From NCBI GenBank assembly GCA_013911595.1, contig JACESY010000001.1:1-58701 (forward strand): a stretch of 58,701 nt of DNA, in the 5' to 3' direction. The notes under the pieces are model-generated. The model had not been told where the DNA came from, made no database searches, and saw only the letters and a program-made list of their open reading frames with translations. Positions within the stretch are counted from its first letter, which is position 1; each line of letters starts with the position of its first letter. The DNA is from Azoarcus sp. Its GTDB lineage: Bacteria > Pseudomonadota > Gammaproteobacteria > Burkholderiales > Rhodocyclaceae. This document shows, in pieces, positions 46,593 to 56,467 of the stretch. A program made the position numbers and the translations under genes.

Positions 46593-47159
46593 ATGCGAAC
46601 CGATACCTACAGGCCACGTGGCTGGCTTGGCGCAGTCGATGGCGTGCTCGGGGTGATCAGCAAGACGCTGACCGTACTCGCAGCACTGCTCATGGTGTTG
46701 ATTGCGCTGCTGATCTCGGCCGACGTGTTCGGACGTGGCTTATTCAGCAAGCCCATCATCGGCGTCGCCGAACTGGTGGTGAACACCCTTGTAATCATCG
46801 CTTTCCTGCAACTGCCCTTTACGGTGCGTATCGGCGGCATGTTGCGTACCGAGATCATGGACATGGTCCCCAACGAGCTGTTCAAGCGCTCGTTGTGGCT
46901 GACGGGCCACCTGCTCGGAGCGTTCTTCTTTGCGGTCCTGGCATGGGCGGAGTGGGGAAACATGGTCACCTCGTTCATCAATAACGAATTCGAGGGGCAT
47001 GTCACCTTCGCGGTGCCGGTCTTCCCCAGCCGGCTTGCGATCGTGGTCGGCTCCGGACTGGCGTCTGTGGCCTACCTGGTGCTGGCCGCACTGATGCTCG
47101 GAGGCATGTTTGCTTCCCGTTCGTCGCCAGCGAAATCCTCGGAGGTGCAGCATGGGTAG
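46593..47159 (+). CDS. TRAP small permease (DctQ family)
   Basis: LI.ADV.GR.LF..PI.GV.EL.......FLQLP; 4 TM. Confidence 0.88.
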   Translation: MRTDTYRPRGWLGAVDGVLGVISKTLTVLAALLMVLIALLISADVFGRGLFSKPIIGVAELVVNTLVIIAFLQLPFTVRIGGMLRTEIMDMVPNELFKRSLWLTGHLLGAFFFAVLAWAEWGNMVTSFINNEFEGHVTFAVPVFPSRLAIVVGSGLASVAYLVLAALMLGGMFASRSSPAKSSEVQHG

Positions 47160-48465
47160 CCCCGAGTACGCTGCGATCATCATCGCGGTCCTCATGCTGA
47201 GCGTGATCCTGGGGATTCCGGTGGTGCTCTCGCTGGGCCTGACGAGCTTCTTCGGTCTGGCCTGGTTGATGGGGTCGTTCGAGTTCGGCAGTTCTCTGCT
47301 TGCCAGCAGTGCCTTTGGCGCGATCCGCGCGTACGAATTTGCCACCATTCCCCTGTTCGTGCTGATGGGCGAGATTCTCGCCCGCTCGGGTGCGGCGAGC
47401 GACCTGTTCAAGCTCATCAACCGTTCCCTGCGCCTGCTACCCGGCCGTCTTGCCTTGGCCACGGTCGGTGGCAACGCGGTGTTCGGCGCAGTCACCGGCG
47501 TCTCGATCGCATCTGCGGCAGCATTCTCACGCATCGCCTATCCGGAGATGGTTCGTGCCAAATACGACAAGGGTCTGGCACTTGGGTCGATTGCAGGTAG
47601 CGCTTCGCTGGGGATGCTGCTCCCGCCAAGCGTGCTGCTGATCATCTGGGGCGTGATGGCCGAACAGTCGATCGGCAAGCTGTTCATCGCAGGCGTCGTA
47701 CCCGGCCTGCTACTGGCCTTTCTTTTCTTCCTGTTCTTGCTTGCATACGCCTGCCTGCGTCCGCGCCTGTTTGGCGCGGGCAAAGAGGAAGAGCTCGAGC
47801 CGGAACCGGTCGACGCACGCAATCTGGTCGGCGCCCTGGGTGTATCGCTGATGGTCCTGATGGTGTTTGGCGGCATCTGGTTCGGGCTGTTCACTCCGAC
47901 CGAGGCAGCCGGCATGGGGGTCCTGGGTGCGGTAGCTGTCGGGCTCGCCAAACGCATGCGCGTGAACGACTTCTGGCACTCCATCCTCGATGCCGGACGC
48001 ATTTCTGCCCCATTGCTGTTCCTGCTGATCACTGCCCAGATGTACTCGCGACTGCTGGCGCTGGGGGGCATCGGCGGCATGATCGGCGATCTCTTTCTGG
48101 GCGTCGGCGACGTCTACGCTGTGCTCGCGATCATGGTGATGATCTGGCTGCTGTTGGGCATGTTCCTCGATAGCACCTCGATCATCCTCCTTACCGTGCC
48201 GATCTTCGCGCCCATCGCCGGCACCTTCGGGCTTGAACCGCTGGCCTTCGCGATCGTCGGCATTCTGGTGATCGAAGCAGGTCTGCTCACACCACCGCTG
48301 GGGCTGTGCGTCTACACCGTCAAAGGGTGCGTCACCGACCCAGAGGCCACTCTGGGGCGCATCTTCCGTGGCTCGATCCCGTATTGGCTGATCCTGCTCC
48401 TCGTCGCCTTGCTGGTCATTCTCTTTCCCGAGCTCGCCAACTGGCTGCCCGAGAAAATGATGTAG
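47152..48465 (+). CDS. TRAP large permease (DctM family)
   Basis: IPLFVLMG, FGAVTG.S.ASA, LGMLLPPS, FTPTEA, GLLTPP.G. Confidence 0.92.
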   Translation: MGSPEYAAIIIAVLMLSVILGIPVVLSLGLTSFFGLAWLMGSFEFGSSLLASSAFGAIRAYEFATIPLFVLMGEILARSGAASDLFKLINRSLRLLPGRLALATVGGNAVFGAVTGVSIASAAAFSRIAYPEMVRAKYDKGLALGSIAGSASLGMLLPPSVLLIIWGVMAEQSIGKLFIAGVVPGLLLAFLFFLFLLAYACLRPRLFGAGKEEELEPEPVDARNLVGALGVSLMVLMVFGGIWFGLFTPTEAAGMGVLGAVAVGLAKRMRVNDFWHSILDAGRISAPLLFLLITAQMYSRLLALGGIGGMIGDLFLGVGDVYAVLAIMVMIWLLLGMFLDSTSIILLTVPIFAPIAGTFGLEPLAFAIVGILVIEAGLLTPPLGLCVYTVKGCVTDPEATLGRIFRGSIPYWLILLLVALLVILFPELANWLPEKMM

Positions 48466-48514
48466 CCGTTACGCGGCCGCATTCGTGCTCACCCGTTCGA
48501 AAAAGGAACCACAG

Positions 48515-49207
48515 ATGTCCATCATTGACCTGACCCTGAAGATCGAAGACAACATGCCGGCGCACAAGCTGTTCCAGCGCCCGGTGATTACCGCGCACTT
48601 CACGCACGAGTCCTCCAAGCGCTTCAACTTGGGGGTTCCGGGCGACCAGATGACCTTCGCCACCACCCACCTGTCGATGCTCGACCACATTGCGACCCAC
48701 GTGGATGCCTTCTATCACGTGGGTCCCAACGGGGCGACCATCGATGAGATGCCGCTCGACATGTTCATGGGCAAGGCGGTGTGCCTCGACCTGCGCCACA
48801 TTCCCGATTTGGGAGATATCGACGTATCAGACCTGGAAGAAGCGGAAGCCAAGGCCGGGATCAAGATCGACGGTCATATCGTCCTGATGTGCACGGGACT
48901 GCATCGCAAGTACTACCCCGACGTCAAGGTGGTGTGGTCGAACCCCGGCCTCACCGAGGCCGCAACCCACTGGCTCGCTGACCGCGGCTCCAAGCTGCAT
49001 GGCGTCGAAGGGCCTTCCACCGACAAACCCTCGCATAACGAATTTCCCAGTCACCGTGTGTGCCGCGACCGCGGCATCACACACTACGAGTGGCTGGTGA
49101 ATCTCGAGGAGCTGATCGGCAAGGGCGAATTCATGTTCTACGGTCCGCCCCTGAAGATCGACCACGGCAGCGGCTCGCCGGTGCGTGCCTGGGCAGTCGT
49201 CGACTGA
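48515..49207 (+). CDS. Cyclase family metal-dependent hydrolase (kynurenine formamidase-like)
   Basis: IIDLT, HIATHVDAFYH (HxxTHxDxxxH), TIDEMPL, E.L.NL, PLKI..GSGSPVRA. Confidence 0.92.
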   Translation: MSIIDLTLKIEDNMPAHKLFQRPVITAHFTHESSKRFNLGVPGDQMTFATTHLSMLDHIATHVDAFYHVGPNGATIDEMPLDMFMGKAVCLDLRHIPDLGDIDVSDLEEAEAKAGIKIDGHIVLMCTGLHRKYYPDVKVVWSNPGLTEAATHWLADRGSKLHGVEGPSTDKPSHNEFPSHRVCRDRGITHYEWLVNLEELIGKGEFMFYGPPLKIDHGSGSPVRAWAVVD

Positions 49208-49260
49208 CCTGCTTGACGGGCCGCGGTAAAACCGCGGCCCTCGTGCCCTGGAGGAATCTC

Positions 49261-50343
49261 ATGGATCAACGTATCCCCATTACCCTGCTTACCGGCTTTC
49301 TCGGTGCCGGCAAGACGACCTGCCTGAACCGTGTGCTATCCGATCCGGACGCGGGACGCATCGCAGTCATCGTTAACGAATTCGGTGAGATCGGTATCGA
49401 CGGCGACTTGGTGTCACGCGCGTCGGAGGACATGCTCGAACTCAAGAATGGCTGCATCTGTTGTGCCAGCAAGGATGACTTGGTCAAGACCATCTACGAG
49501 CTGTTCATGCGCCGTGTAGGCGCGCTGGAACCCAAGATCGAGTTTGATCGGCTGCTGATCGAGACAACCGGTATCGCCGACCCCACGCCACTGGCGCAGG
49601 TGTTTTATACCGACATGCAACTCAATCTCAGCTACCGCCTGGACGCGATCGTCACCATGGTCGACCTCAAACATGTGGTGCGTCAGCTCGCGACCTCATC
49701 CGAGGCGCGCAAGCAGGTGGCGATGGCCGACAAGATCATCTTCAACAAGCGCGACCTGGTCGATGACGAGGGCTATGCGGAGGCGTTGGCAGCCGTGCGT
49801 GGACTCAATCCCGGCTGCCCGGTCGAGACCACCGCCCATGCCGAGCTAAGCGCTTCTCAGGTGATGAACCTCGGCCTGTTTGATCCGAATACACGCGCCA
49901 GCGCAGTAGCGGAGTGGATTGGCGAGACCACGCCCGACGCCTGCACGCACGATGGCTGCAGCAGCCACTGCGATCACGACCACCACAGTCGTCACTCAGG
50001 CCAGCACGGCGATATCGTGTCGGTCTCCTTCCGTGGAGCCCACGCGCTCGACTACCAAGCGCTGATGAACACGCTGTCGGAGTTTCTGGAGCAGCACGGA
50101 GAGAATCTTTTCCGGGTCAAAGGACTGGTTCGCTTCGGCATCGATCCGCGTCCAGTGATCGTGCAGGGCGTGCAGCAGGTGTTCAGCCCACTGACCTACG
50201 CCGAAGCTTGGCCTCATGAGGTCGACGACAGTCGTCTGGTGTTGATCGGGCGCGGGCTGCAGCGTGACGACATCCTGCAGCGTCTGGCCGAGTGCAGGGC
50301 GCCCGAGCATGCAGAGCTTGACCGCGCGCTGGGCGCCATCTGA
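49261..50343 (+). CDS. CobW/COG0523 family G3E GTPase metallochaperone
   Basis: LTGFLGAGKTT, NEFGE.GIDG, GCICC, ETTGIADP, NKRDL, His-rich stretch, FRVKG, LVLIGR. Confidence 0.93.
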   Translation: MDQRIPITLLTGFLGAGKTTCLNRVLSDPDAGRIAVIVNEFGEIGIDGDLVSRASEDMLELKNGCICCASKDDLVKTIYELFMRRVGALEPKIEFDRLLIETTGIADPTPLAQVFYTDMQLNLSYRLDAIVTMVDLKHVVRQLATSSEARKQVAMADKIIFNKRDLVDDEGYAEALAAVRGLNPGCPVETTAHAELSASQVMNLGLFDPNTRASAVAEWIGETTPDACTHDGCSSHCDHDHHSRHSGQHGDIVSVSFRGAHALDYQALMNTLSEFLEQHGENLFRVKGLVRFGIDPRPVIVQGVQQVFSPLTYAEAWPHEVDDSRLVLIGRGLQRDDILQRLAECRAPEHAELDRALGAI

Positions 50344-50353
50344 GGAAAACCCC

Positions 50354-51766
50354 ATGAGCCGTGAATTCGATTTCATGTCGGCGCTGGATCTGCGCGACGC
50401 GATCGCGAGCAAGCAGATTTCACCGGTTGATGTAGTGCGGCGCGCCCTTGAGCGCATGGACGAGACCGAGCCGCATCTGAACGCCTTCGCCGAACGAGCG
50501 CCCGAGATGGCTCTTGCAGCGGCGCACGCGGCGGAGCGCGCAGTCATGGAGGGGGCACCTCTGGGGCTGCTGCACGGTCTGCCCATCTCGGTCAAAGACC
50601 TCATCGCAGTCGCCGATTTGCCGTGCGCATTCGGTTCGCGAACCCAGGCCGGCAAAGTCGCCGCGGCCGACGCACCGGCAAGCGAACGAGTCCGATCAGC
50701 CGGCGCCTGCATCCTGGGCAAGACCACCACCAGCGAGTTCGGCTGCAAGGCCGTTGGCGACTCCCCACTGACCGGCGTCACACGGAACCCGTGGAGCCTC
50801 ACGCGCACACCAGGTGGCTCCAGTGCCGGGGCTGCGGCCAGCGTGGCGGCGGGAGTCAGCGCGTTGGCACTGGGCACCGACGGCGGTGGCTCGCTGCGCA
50901 TCCCCGCATCAATGACCAACCTTTTCGGTCTGAAGGCCAACTTCGGCCGAGTGCCGGTGTTTCCGACCTCGGCCACCCCCACTTTGGCGCACGTTGGTCC
51001 GCTGACGCGCACCGTGCGTGATGCGGCGCTCTTGTTGCAGGCGGTAGCGGGTTACGACGCACGCGATCCATTCTCGGTAGCCGCGCCGATACCTGATTTC
51101 CTCGCCGCGTGCGAACTGCCGGTGGCGGGAATGCGTATCGCGTGGTCGCCCACGCTCGGCTACGCTCATCCGCAACCCGAGGTGCTCGCCATCGCTGAGC
51201 GCGCCGCGCTGACGTTCGAGCAAATGGGCTGCATTGTCGAACGTGTTGATCACATCATGGAGGATCCGGGTGATCTGTGGATGGCCGAGTTCTACGCCGG
51301 CGTCGGTACTCGCCTGCGTGATGTACTCGTTGAGCAGCGGGGGATGCTCGATCCTGCGGTAGCGAGCGTTCTAGACGGGGCGCTCGACCAACGACTTGAG
51401 GACTATTACGCCAAGGTCTTCGCGCGATACGACTTTCGCGAGCGGATGCGGCGGTTCTTCATGGATTACGATCTGCTACTCACGCCCACTCTACCGGTCC
51501 CAGCGCCCCTATGCGGCGTGGAAGTGCCGCCCGAAACAACCGACCGCAACATAGTGTCGTGGGTGTACTACACCTACCCGTTCAACCTGACCGGCCAACC
51601 CGCGGCGTCGATTCCCTGCGGCATGACAGCCGAGGGCTTGCCTGTGGGGCTTCAAATGGTGACGCGAAATCTCGGCGAAATTGATTTGCTGCGTGCTGCG
51701 GCCGCATTCGAGGAAGCACAGCCGTGGCCAGTTTGGGAACCGAGGGGATTGGTGACGGCGGCCTAA
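50354..51766 (+). CDS. Amidase signature family enzyme
   Basis: LHGLPISVKD, GKTTTSEFG, TRNPW...TPGGSSAG, GTDGGGSLRIPA, GLPVGLQ. Confidence 0.93.
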   Translation: MSREFDFMSALDLRDAIASKQISPVDVVRRALERMDETEPHLNAFAERAPEMALAAAHAAERAVMEGAPLGLLHGLPISVKDLIAVADLPCAFGSRTQAGKVAAADAPASERVRSAGACILGKTTTSEFGCKAVGDSPLTGVTRNPWSLTRTPGGSSAGAAASVAAGVSALALGTDGGGSLRIPASMTNLFGLKANFGRVPVFPTSATPTLAHVGPLTRTVRDAALLLQAVAGYDARDPFSVAAPIPDFLAACELPVAGMRIAWSPTLGYAHPQPEVLAIAERAALTFEQMGCIVERVDHIMEDPGDLWMAEFYAGVGTRLRDVLVEQRGMLDPAVASVLDGALDQRLEDYYAKVFARYDFRERMRRFFMDYDLLLTPTLPVPAPLCGVEVPPETTDRNIVSWVYYTYPFNLTGQPAASIPCGMTAEGLPVGLQMVTRNLGEIDLLRAAAAFEEAQPWPVWEPRGLVTAA

Positions 51767-52042
51767 TCGAAAAGCCATTACAAGCTGAGTGTGGTGGGAC
51801 GTCGCTTCGACGAGATGTAGCAAGATCCGCCAACCACAGCCGCCGGGAAGAGCATCCAGACCTTCGCAAGTTTGGGTAGCGTAACGAGCGTATTCCCTCT
51901 ACTCGGCATAGGCATTGAAGTGTCGGGTTAATCAGTCGTATCTTGCCGCTTCCCGGCCGACTCTTGGCCCCGCTCTGGCGGGGATCCGAGACCCTCGGTC
52001 TCGAGCCCCGCGGGAACAAGATCAAGCCAAGTGGCAAGATTA

Positions 52043-52546
52043 TCAAGGCGGCGGTGCGCTCACATCGCAGGTGCCACCGGGCGCTACGATCACCCCGGGG
52101 TCGCAGGTCGTACCTGGTGCCTGCGCGTACAGGTCGGGGGAGATCGACAGAATCTGCAATGGTACCGAGGTCGTGTTCTCTACCGGCATCGACGAAAAGC
52201 TCGGGGCGGGGAAGACTAGCGTGCCGCCTTGAGGCTGATCCATGACCGGGGCAGGAACGGCCCGCGCCGTCCCGACAATCCGATAGCCCTCCGCGCCAAG
52301 CAGTCCTGCTGCGCACACCCCCAAGGCCAGAAGAAATCTCGCTCCGCCCGTGCGCCGGAGCGTGGCATACGCAGCAAGCGCAATCAGCACAGACATGCCG
52401 ATCATCCCCCATTGAGAGAGGGTGGGTACGGCCGTGGGCTCAATCGGCCCGTATGTGATCGTAACCTCCTGCGCGGCAGCCAGCCCGGGCAAAAGCGTCA
52501 GCGCCGCAGCGACGACGGAACGCTTCGTCCAATTCGTTGTTTTCAA
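52043..52546 (-). CDS. Midcut-by-XrtH-like protein (internal IPTL-type sorting signal)
   Basis: Signal peptide, short linker, AVPTLSQWGMIGMSVLIALAAYATLRR, second TM, then a small domain with CDPG...PGGTC; TTG start. Confidence 0.72.
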   Translation of the reverse strand: MKTTNWTKRSVVAAALTLLPGLAAAQEVTITYGPIEPTAVPTLSQWGMIGMSVLIALAAYATLRRTGGARFLLALGVCAAGLLGAEGYRIVGTARAVPAPVMDQPQGGTLVFPAPSFSSMPVENTTSVPLQILSISPDLYAQAPGTTCDPGVIVAPGGTCDVSAPPP

Positions 52547-52668
52547 TTTTCCAGTCTCTGCATTTCAAATGGCCTCGGATTATGCCTTGGAAAAAGCGTA
52601 CCGACTTGACAGACTCGTGACGAACCCGTGCAGACGCAACATCGCGGCGACTCCATTAGCTTCACGTT

Positions 52669-55600
52669 TCACCGCACGGGAGCACGAGTCCACCGTGCTC
52701 GTAACACTTCTTCGAGATCGGCCAGCGGCACCGGACGACCGAACAAATACCCCTGGAAGTATTCGCAACCGATGCGTTCTAGCACCTCGCGCTGCGACTC
52801 GGTCTCGACCCCTTCGGCAATCACGTCCAACCCGATCGCGCTCGCCAGCGAGATGACCGAGTGGGCGATGGCCACATCGTTCGGATTGTCGAGGAGGTCG
52901 CGCACGAAGCTCTGGTCGATCTTGATCTGGTCAAGCGGCAGGTTTTTGAGGTAGGACAGTGACGAGTAGCCGGTCCCGAAGTCGTCCAGCGAGAGCTTCA
53001 GGCCCAGTGCCTTGAGTTGGCGCAGCTTGTCGGCGACGTCGGCGAGGTCGTCGGCCAGCACGCTCTCGGTGATCTCCAGTTTGAGCAGTGAAGGCTCCAC
53101 ACCGCTTTGCTCAAGAATCTGTGCCAGGCGTTCGATGAGCGCGTCGTTGCGAAACTGCACAACACTGACGTTCACGGAAAGCGTCAGGTCGGCAGTGCGC
53201 GCGTGTTTTCGCCAACGGGCCAGCAAAGCACAGGCGGCCTCCAGGACCTCGAAGCCGATGGGAACGATCAGCCCCGTATCTTCGGCCAGCGGGATGAAGG
53301 TCGCCGGAGAGATCAGGCCGCGATCGGGGTGCTCCCAGCGCAGCAAGATCTCGGCCCCGATGGGTCGTCCGGCTGCGTCGACCTGCAACTGGAAGTAGGG
53401 GATCAACTCACGGTTGCGCATCGCACCGCGCAAATCGCTCTCGAGCTTGACGCGCTCCTCGACCGCGATCTGCATCTGCGGATCGAAGAAGCGGATGGTG
53501 TTGTCGCCACTGGTCTTGGCTTCGTACATCGCCAGATCGGCCTGTTTGAGGATCAGTTCGAGCGAGTCCGCGGTCTCGTCGATGAGCGTCACGCCGATGC
53601 TGCCGCTGCTGTAGTGCTCGACGCCTTCAAGCAGGAAGGGCCGGGTCAGCGCGCGTTGCACCTTCTCGGCGACGAGCTCAGCCTGGTGGATTGCATCGGC
53701 TGGTTCGGGACTCAGGTCATGCACGAGCACGACGAATTCATCCCCGCCGATGCGTGCCACGGTATCGCCGCCACGCACGCACTCGCTCAGACGCTGCGCG
53801 ATCTGCTTGAGCAATTCGTCGCCCTTGTCGTGGCCGGCGCTGTCGTTGAGCATCTTGAAGTTGTCGAGATCGATGAACAGCAACGCAGCGTGCGCGTGTC
53901 TGCGGCGGATCGCGGCGATCACCTGCCCGAGGCGATCGATCAGCAGGCGGCGGTTGGGCAGCCCGGTGAGCGCATCGTAGAAGGCAAGCTGGTTGATCTG
54001 CGCCTCGGCCGCCCGTCGCTTGGTGATATCGCGCATCATGCCGACGAAATAGATCATGCCGTCGCGCATGTACTCCGAGATGCGCAGTTCCATCGGGAAG
54101 ATGTTGCCGTTGCTGCGCCGCCCTTCCAGTTCCCGACTCGCTCCGATGACCTTCGCCTGATGGGTCTTGAGGTAGTTGGCGATGTACTCGTCGTGGTGTG
54201 AGCGATGCGGCTCGGGCATGAGCATGGAGACATTCTTGCCCAGCACCTCGGATGCGGAGTACGCAAAGATGCGCTCGGCCGCAGGGTTGAAGGACTCGAT
54301 GTGGCCGTAGGCGTCGATCGTGACGATGGCGTCGAGGATGTTGTCGACGACCGCGCGCATCTGCTTGGACCGGTCGCTGAGCGCGCGCTTGGTCGAAACC
54401 TCCGTGGTGATGTCGGAGATCGAGAGTACGAAGCGCAAGCCCTCCTCATCGCCGGATTCGAGCCGCGTGCCATTGACCGACAGGATGACGCGCTCGCCGT
54501 CGGGGAATTCCATGACGTGACGGAAGTCACGGATCGCTTTGTCCGCGCGCAACAACTGCGCATGCGGCAGATCCTCGGGCGACAGCACGCGACCTTCCAG
54601 GTCCGTGATGCGACACCGATCACACGCATAGCTGCGGCCCACCACCGGGCTGCGGTCGGGCGAGAGAATGCGCGAGGCGGCATCGTTGGCGAAGACGATG
54701 GTGCCGTGCTCGTCGAGCACGGTGATGGTCGACACGTTGGTCTTGAGAATCTGGGAGAGCAGTCGCTGCTCGGCGGCCAGGCGCTGTTCAAGTTCGCGCC
54801 GCTCGGTGATGTCGATGTGCGTGCCGAGCATCAGCCCCGGTGCGCCGTTCTCGAGGCGCGAGACGAGGTTGCCGCGGGTGTTGATCCACACCCAGTGCCC
54901 CGCCTTGTGGCGCATCCGGATGTCTTCGTCGTAGTAGTCCAACTCGCCGGAAAAGTGGCGATGCAGACACTGCTGGCAATGCGCGAGATCATCCGGGTGC
55001 GTGAGTCGCTCCCAGGTCTGAAAGGTGATCTCGCCCAGTTCCGCGCAGGTGTAGCCGACCAGTTCGATCCACGTGTCGTTGACCTCGAACGCATCGGTGG
55101 TGACATTCCACTGCCAGATGCCGATCCGGTTGGCATCGGCCACTGCGCTCAGCAGCTGCCCGGAGCGTCCCAGTCGCTCCTCGGCCTCCTTCTCGTGCGT
55201 GATGTCGGTCTCGATGGCGATGTAGCCCTGAAGCGTCCCCGCCGCATCGCGTAGCGGGCTGCACGAGATGCGGATCCAATAGGGGCGAGCCTCGCGCGTG
55301 TAGTTGATCAGTTCGACCTCGAAGGCACGCTGCGCGCGCAAGGCCTCGCGCATCTGCATGACCACCGCCGGGTCGGTGTCAGCCCCTTGCAGAACCTCGC
55401 CGGGAATCTTGCCGCGCATCTCGTCCAGCGTGTAGCCGGTGATGCGCGTGAAGGATTCGTTGAGCCACTCCACCCGCCCCTGCGCGTCGGTGATCATGAC
55501 CCCGTTGGTTGTCTGACGCGCGACTTCGGCCAGACGCTGGTGTTCGGCGGCACGCTCGCGCTCGAGCGTGACGTTGCGCGCGATGACCAGTACGTCCTCG

Positions 55601-56403
55601 TCGTCGAGCGGACACAGACGCGCCTCGAAGGCGCGCACGCCCTCAGGAAAGGGCAGTTCGTACTCGAAGCGCGTCTCCGCGCCCGTACGAAAGGCTTCGT
55701 TCAGGTGCGAACACATCCGGTTGGCGAGTGCGGTCGGCAGGATCTCGCCCAAGTGACGCCCGAGAACCTCTTCACGTGGTCGCAGCAGATCCTCGTGATG
55801 CAGACATTCGATGAAGGTCCCGCTGCGACTGATCACGAAGACCATGTCGGGGAAGGCGCCGAGTAGCGCGTGCGAGCGTCGCTGGCTCGCGGCCAACTCG
55901 TGGCGCAGACGCTCGCCGCGCAGATCGTTGATCTCCTGCTCGACCATCGCGGCGTAGTCGCGCAGGTGTTCGCGTTCGCGCGCGCACAGGTGGCGGGGCC
56001 TCTTGTCGATCAGGCACAGTGTGCCGATCTTGTAGCCGTCGGCCGTCGACAGCGGCACGCCGGCGTAGAAGCGGACGTACGGCGGACCGGTGACGAGCGG
56101 ATTGTCGGCGAAGCGCGGATCGGCCGTCGCGTCGGAGACCTCGAAGAGGTCATCACCGTGGATGGCGTGTCCGCAAAAAGACACTTCGCGGGGTGTCTGC
56201 TCCGAATCCAGCCCGCAGCGGGACTTGAACCACTGGCGTGTCGCATCGATCAGCGAGACGAGGCAGATCGAGACACCGAAATGCGAGCGCGCGAGCCGCG
56301 TGATGCGATCGAACCGCTCTTCGGGCGAGGTGTCGAGCAGGCTCAGGTTGTGGAGCGCGGCGAGGCGCTCGTCTTCATCATCCGTCGGTTCGGGTGGCTG
56401 CAT
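52669..56403 (-). CDS. GAF-multiPAS-GGDEF-EAL diguanylate cyclase/phosphodiesterase
   Basis: GAF (SFCGHAI..DPRFADNPLV), about 5 PAS, D.LTGLPNR, RIGGDEF, AEILLRW, LEITES, DDFGTGYSSL, AEGVET, QGY. Confidence 0.95.
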   Translation of the reverse strand: MQPPEPTDDEDERLAALHNLSLLDTSPEERFDRITRLARSHFGVSICLVSLIDATRQWFKSRCGLDSEQTPREVSFCGHAIHGDDLFEVSDATADPRFADNPLVTGPPYVRFYAGVPLSTADGYKIGTLCLIDKRPRHLCAREREHLRDYAAMVEQEINDLRGERLRHELAASQRRSHALLGAFPDMVFVISRSGTFIECLHHEDLLRPREEVLGRHLGEILPTALANRMCSHLNEAFRTGAETRFEYELPFPEGVRAFEARLCPLDDEDVLVIARNVTLERERAAEHQRLAEVARQTTNGVMITDAQGRVEWLNESFTRITGYTLDEMRGKIPGEVLQGADTDPAVVMQMREALRAQRAFEVELINYTREARPYWIRISCSPLRDAAGTLQGYIAIETDITHEKEAEERLGRSGQLLSAVADANRIGIWQWNVTTDAFEVNDTWIELVGYTCAELGEITFQTWERLTHPDDLAHCQQCLHRHFSGELDYYDEDIRMRHKAGHWVWINTRGNLVSRLENGAPGLMLGTHIDITERRELEQRLAAEQRLLSQILKTNVSTITVLDEHGTIVFANDAASRILSPDRSPVVGRSYACDRCRITDLEGRVLSPEDLPHAQLLRADKAIRDFRHVMEFPDGERVILSVNGTRLESGDEEGLRFVLSISDITTEVSTKRALSDRSKQMRAVVDNILDAIVTIDAYGHIESFNPAAERIFAYSASEVLGKNVSMLMPEPHRSHHDEYIANYLKTHQAKVIGASRELEGRRSNGNIFPMELRISEYMRDGMIYFVGMMRDITKRRAAEAQINQLAFYDALTGLPNRRLLIDRLGQVIAAIRRRHAHAALLFIDLDNFKMLNDSAGHDKGDELLKQIAQRLSECVRGGDTVARIGGDEFVVLVHDLSPEPADAIHQAELVAEKVQRALTRPFLLEGVEHYSSGSIGVTLIDETADSLELILKQADLAMYEAKTSGDNTIRFFDPQMQIAVEERVKLESDLRGAMRNRELIPYFQLQVDAAGRPIGAEILLRWEHPDRGLISPATFIPLAEDTGLIVPIGFEVLEAACALLARWRKHARTADLTLSVNVSVVQFRNDALIERLAQILEQSGVEPSLLKLEITESVLADDLADVADKLRQLKALGLKLSLDDFGTGYSSLSYLKNLPLDQIKIDQSFVRDLLDNPNDVAIAHSVISLASAIGLDVIAEGVETESQREVLERIGCEYFQGYLFGRPVPLADLEEVLRARWTRAPVR

Positions 56404-56467
56404 CGATTACGCTCCAGGCTCGTCCGTTGGATGTTCCACCCGGACGGCGACCTTGCGCGCAAGGGAG

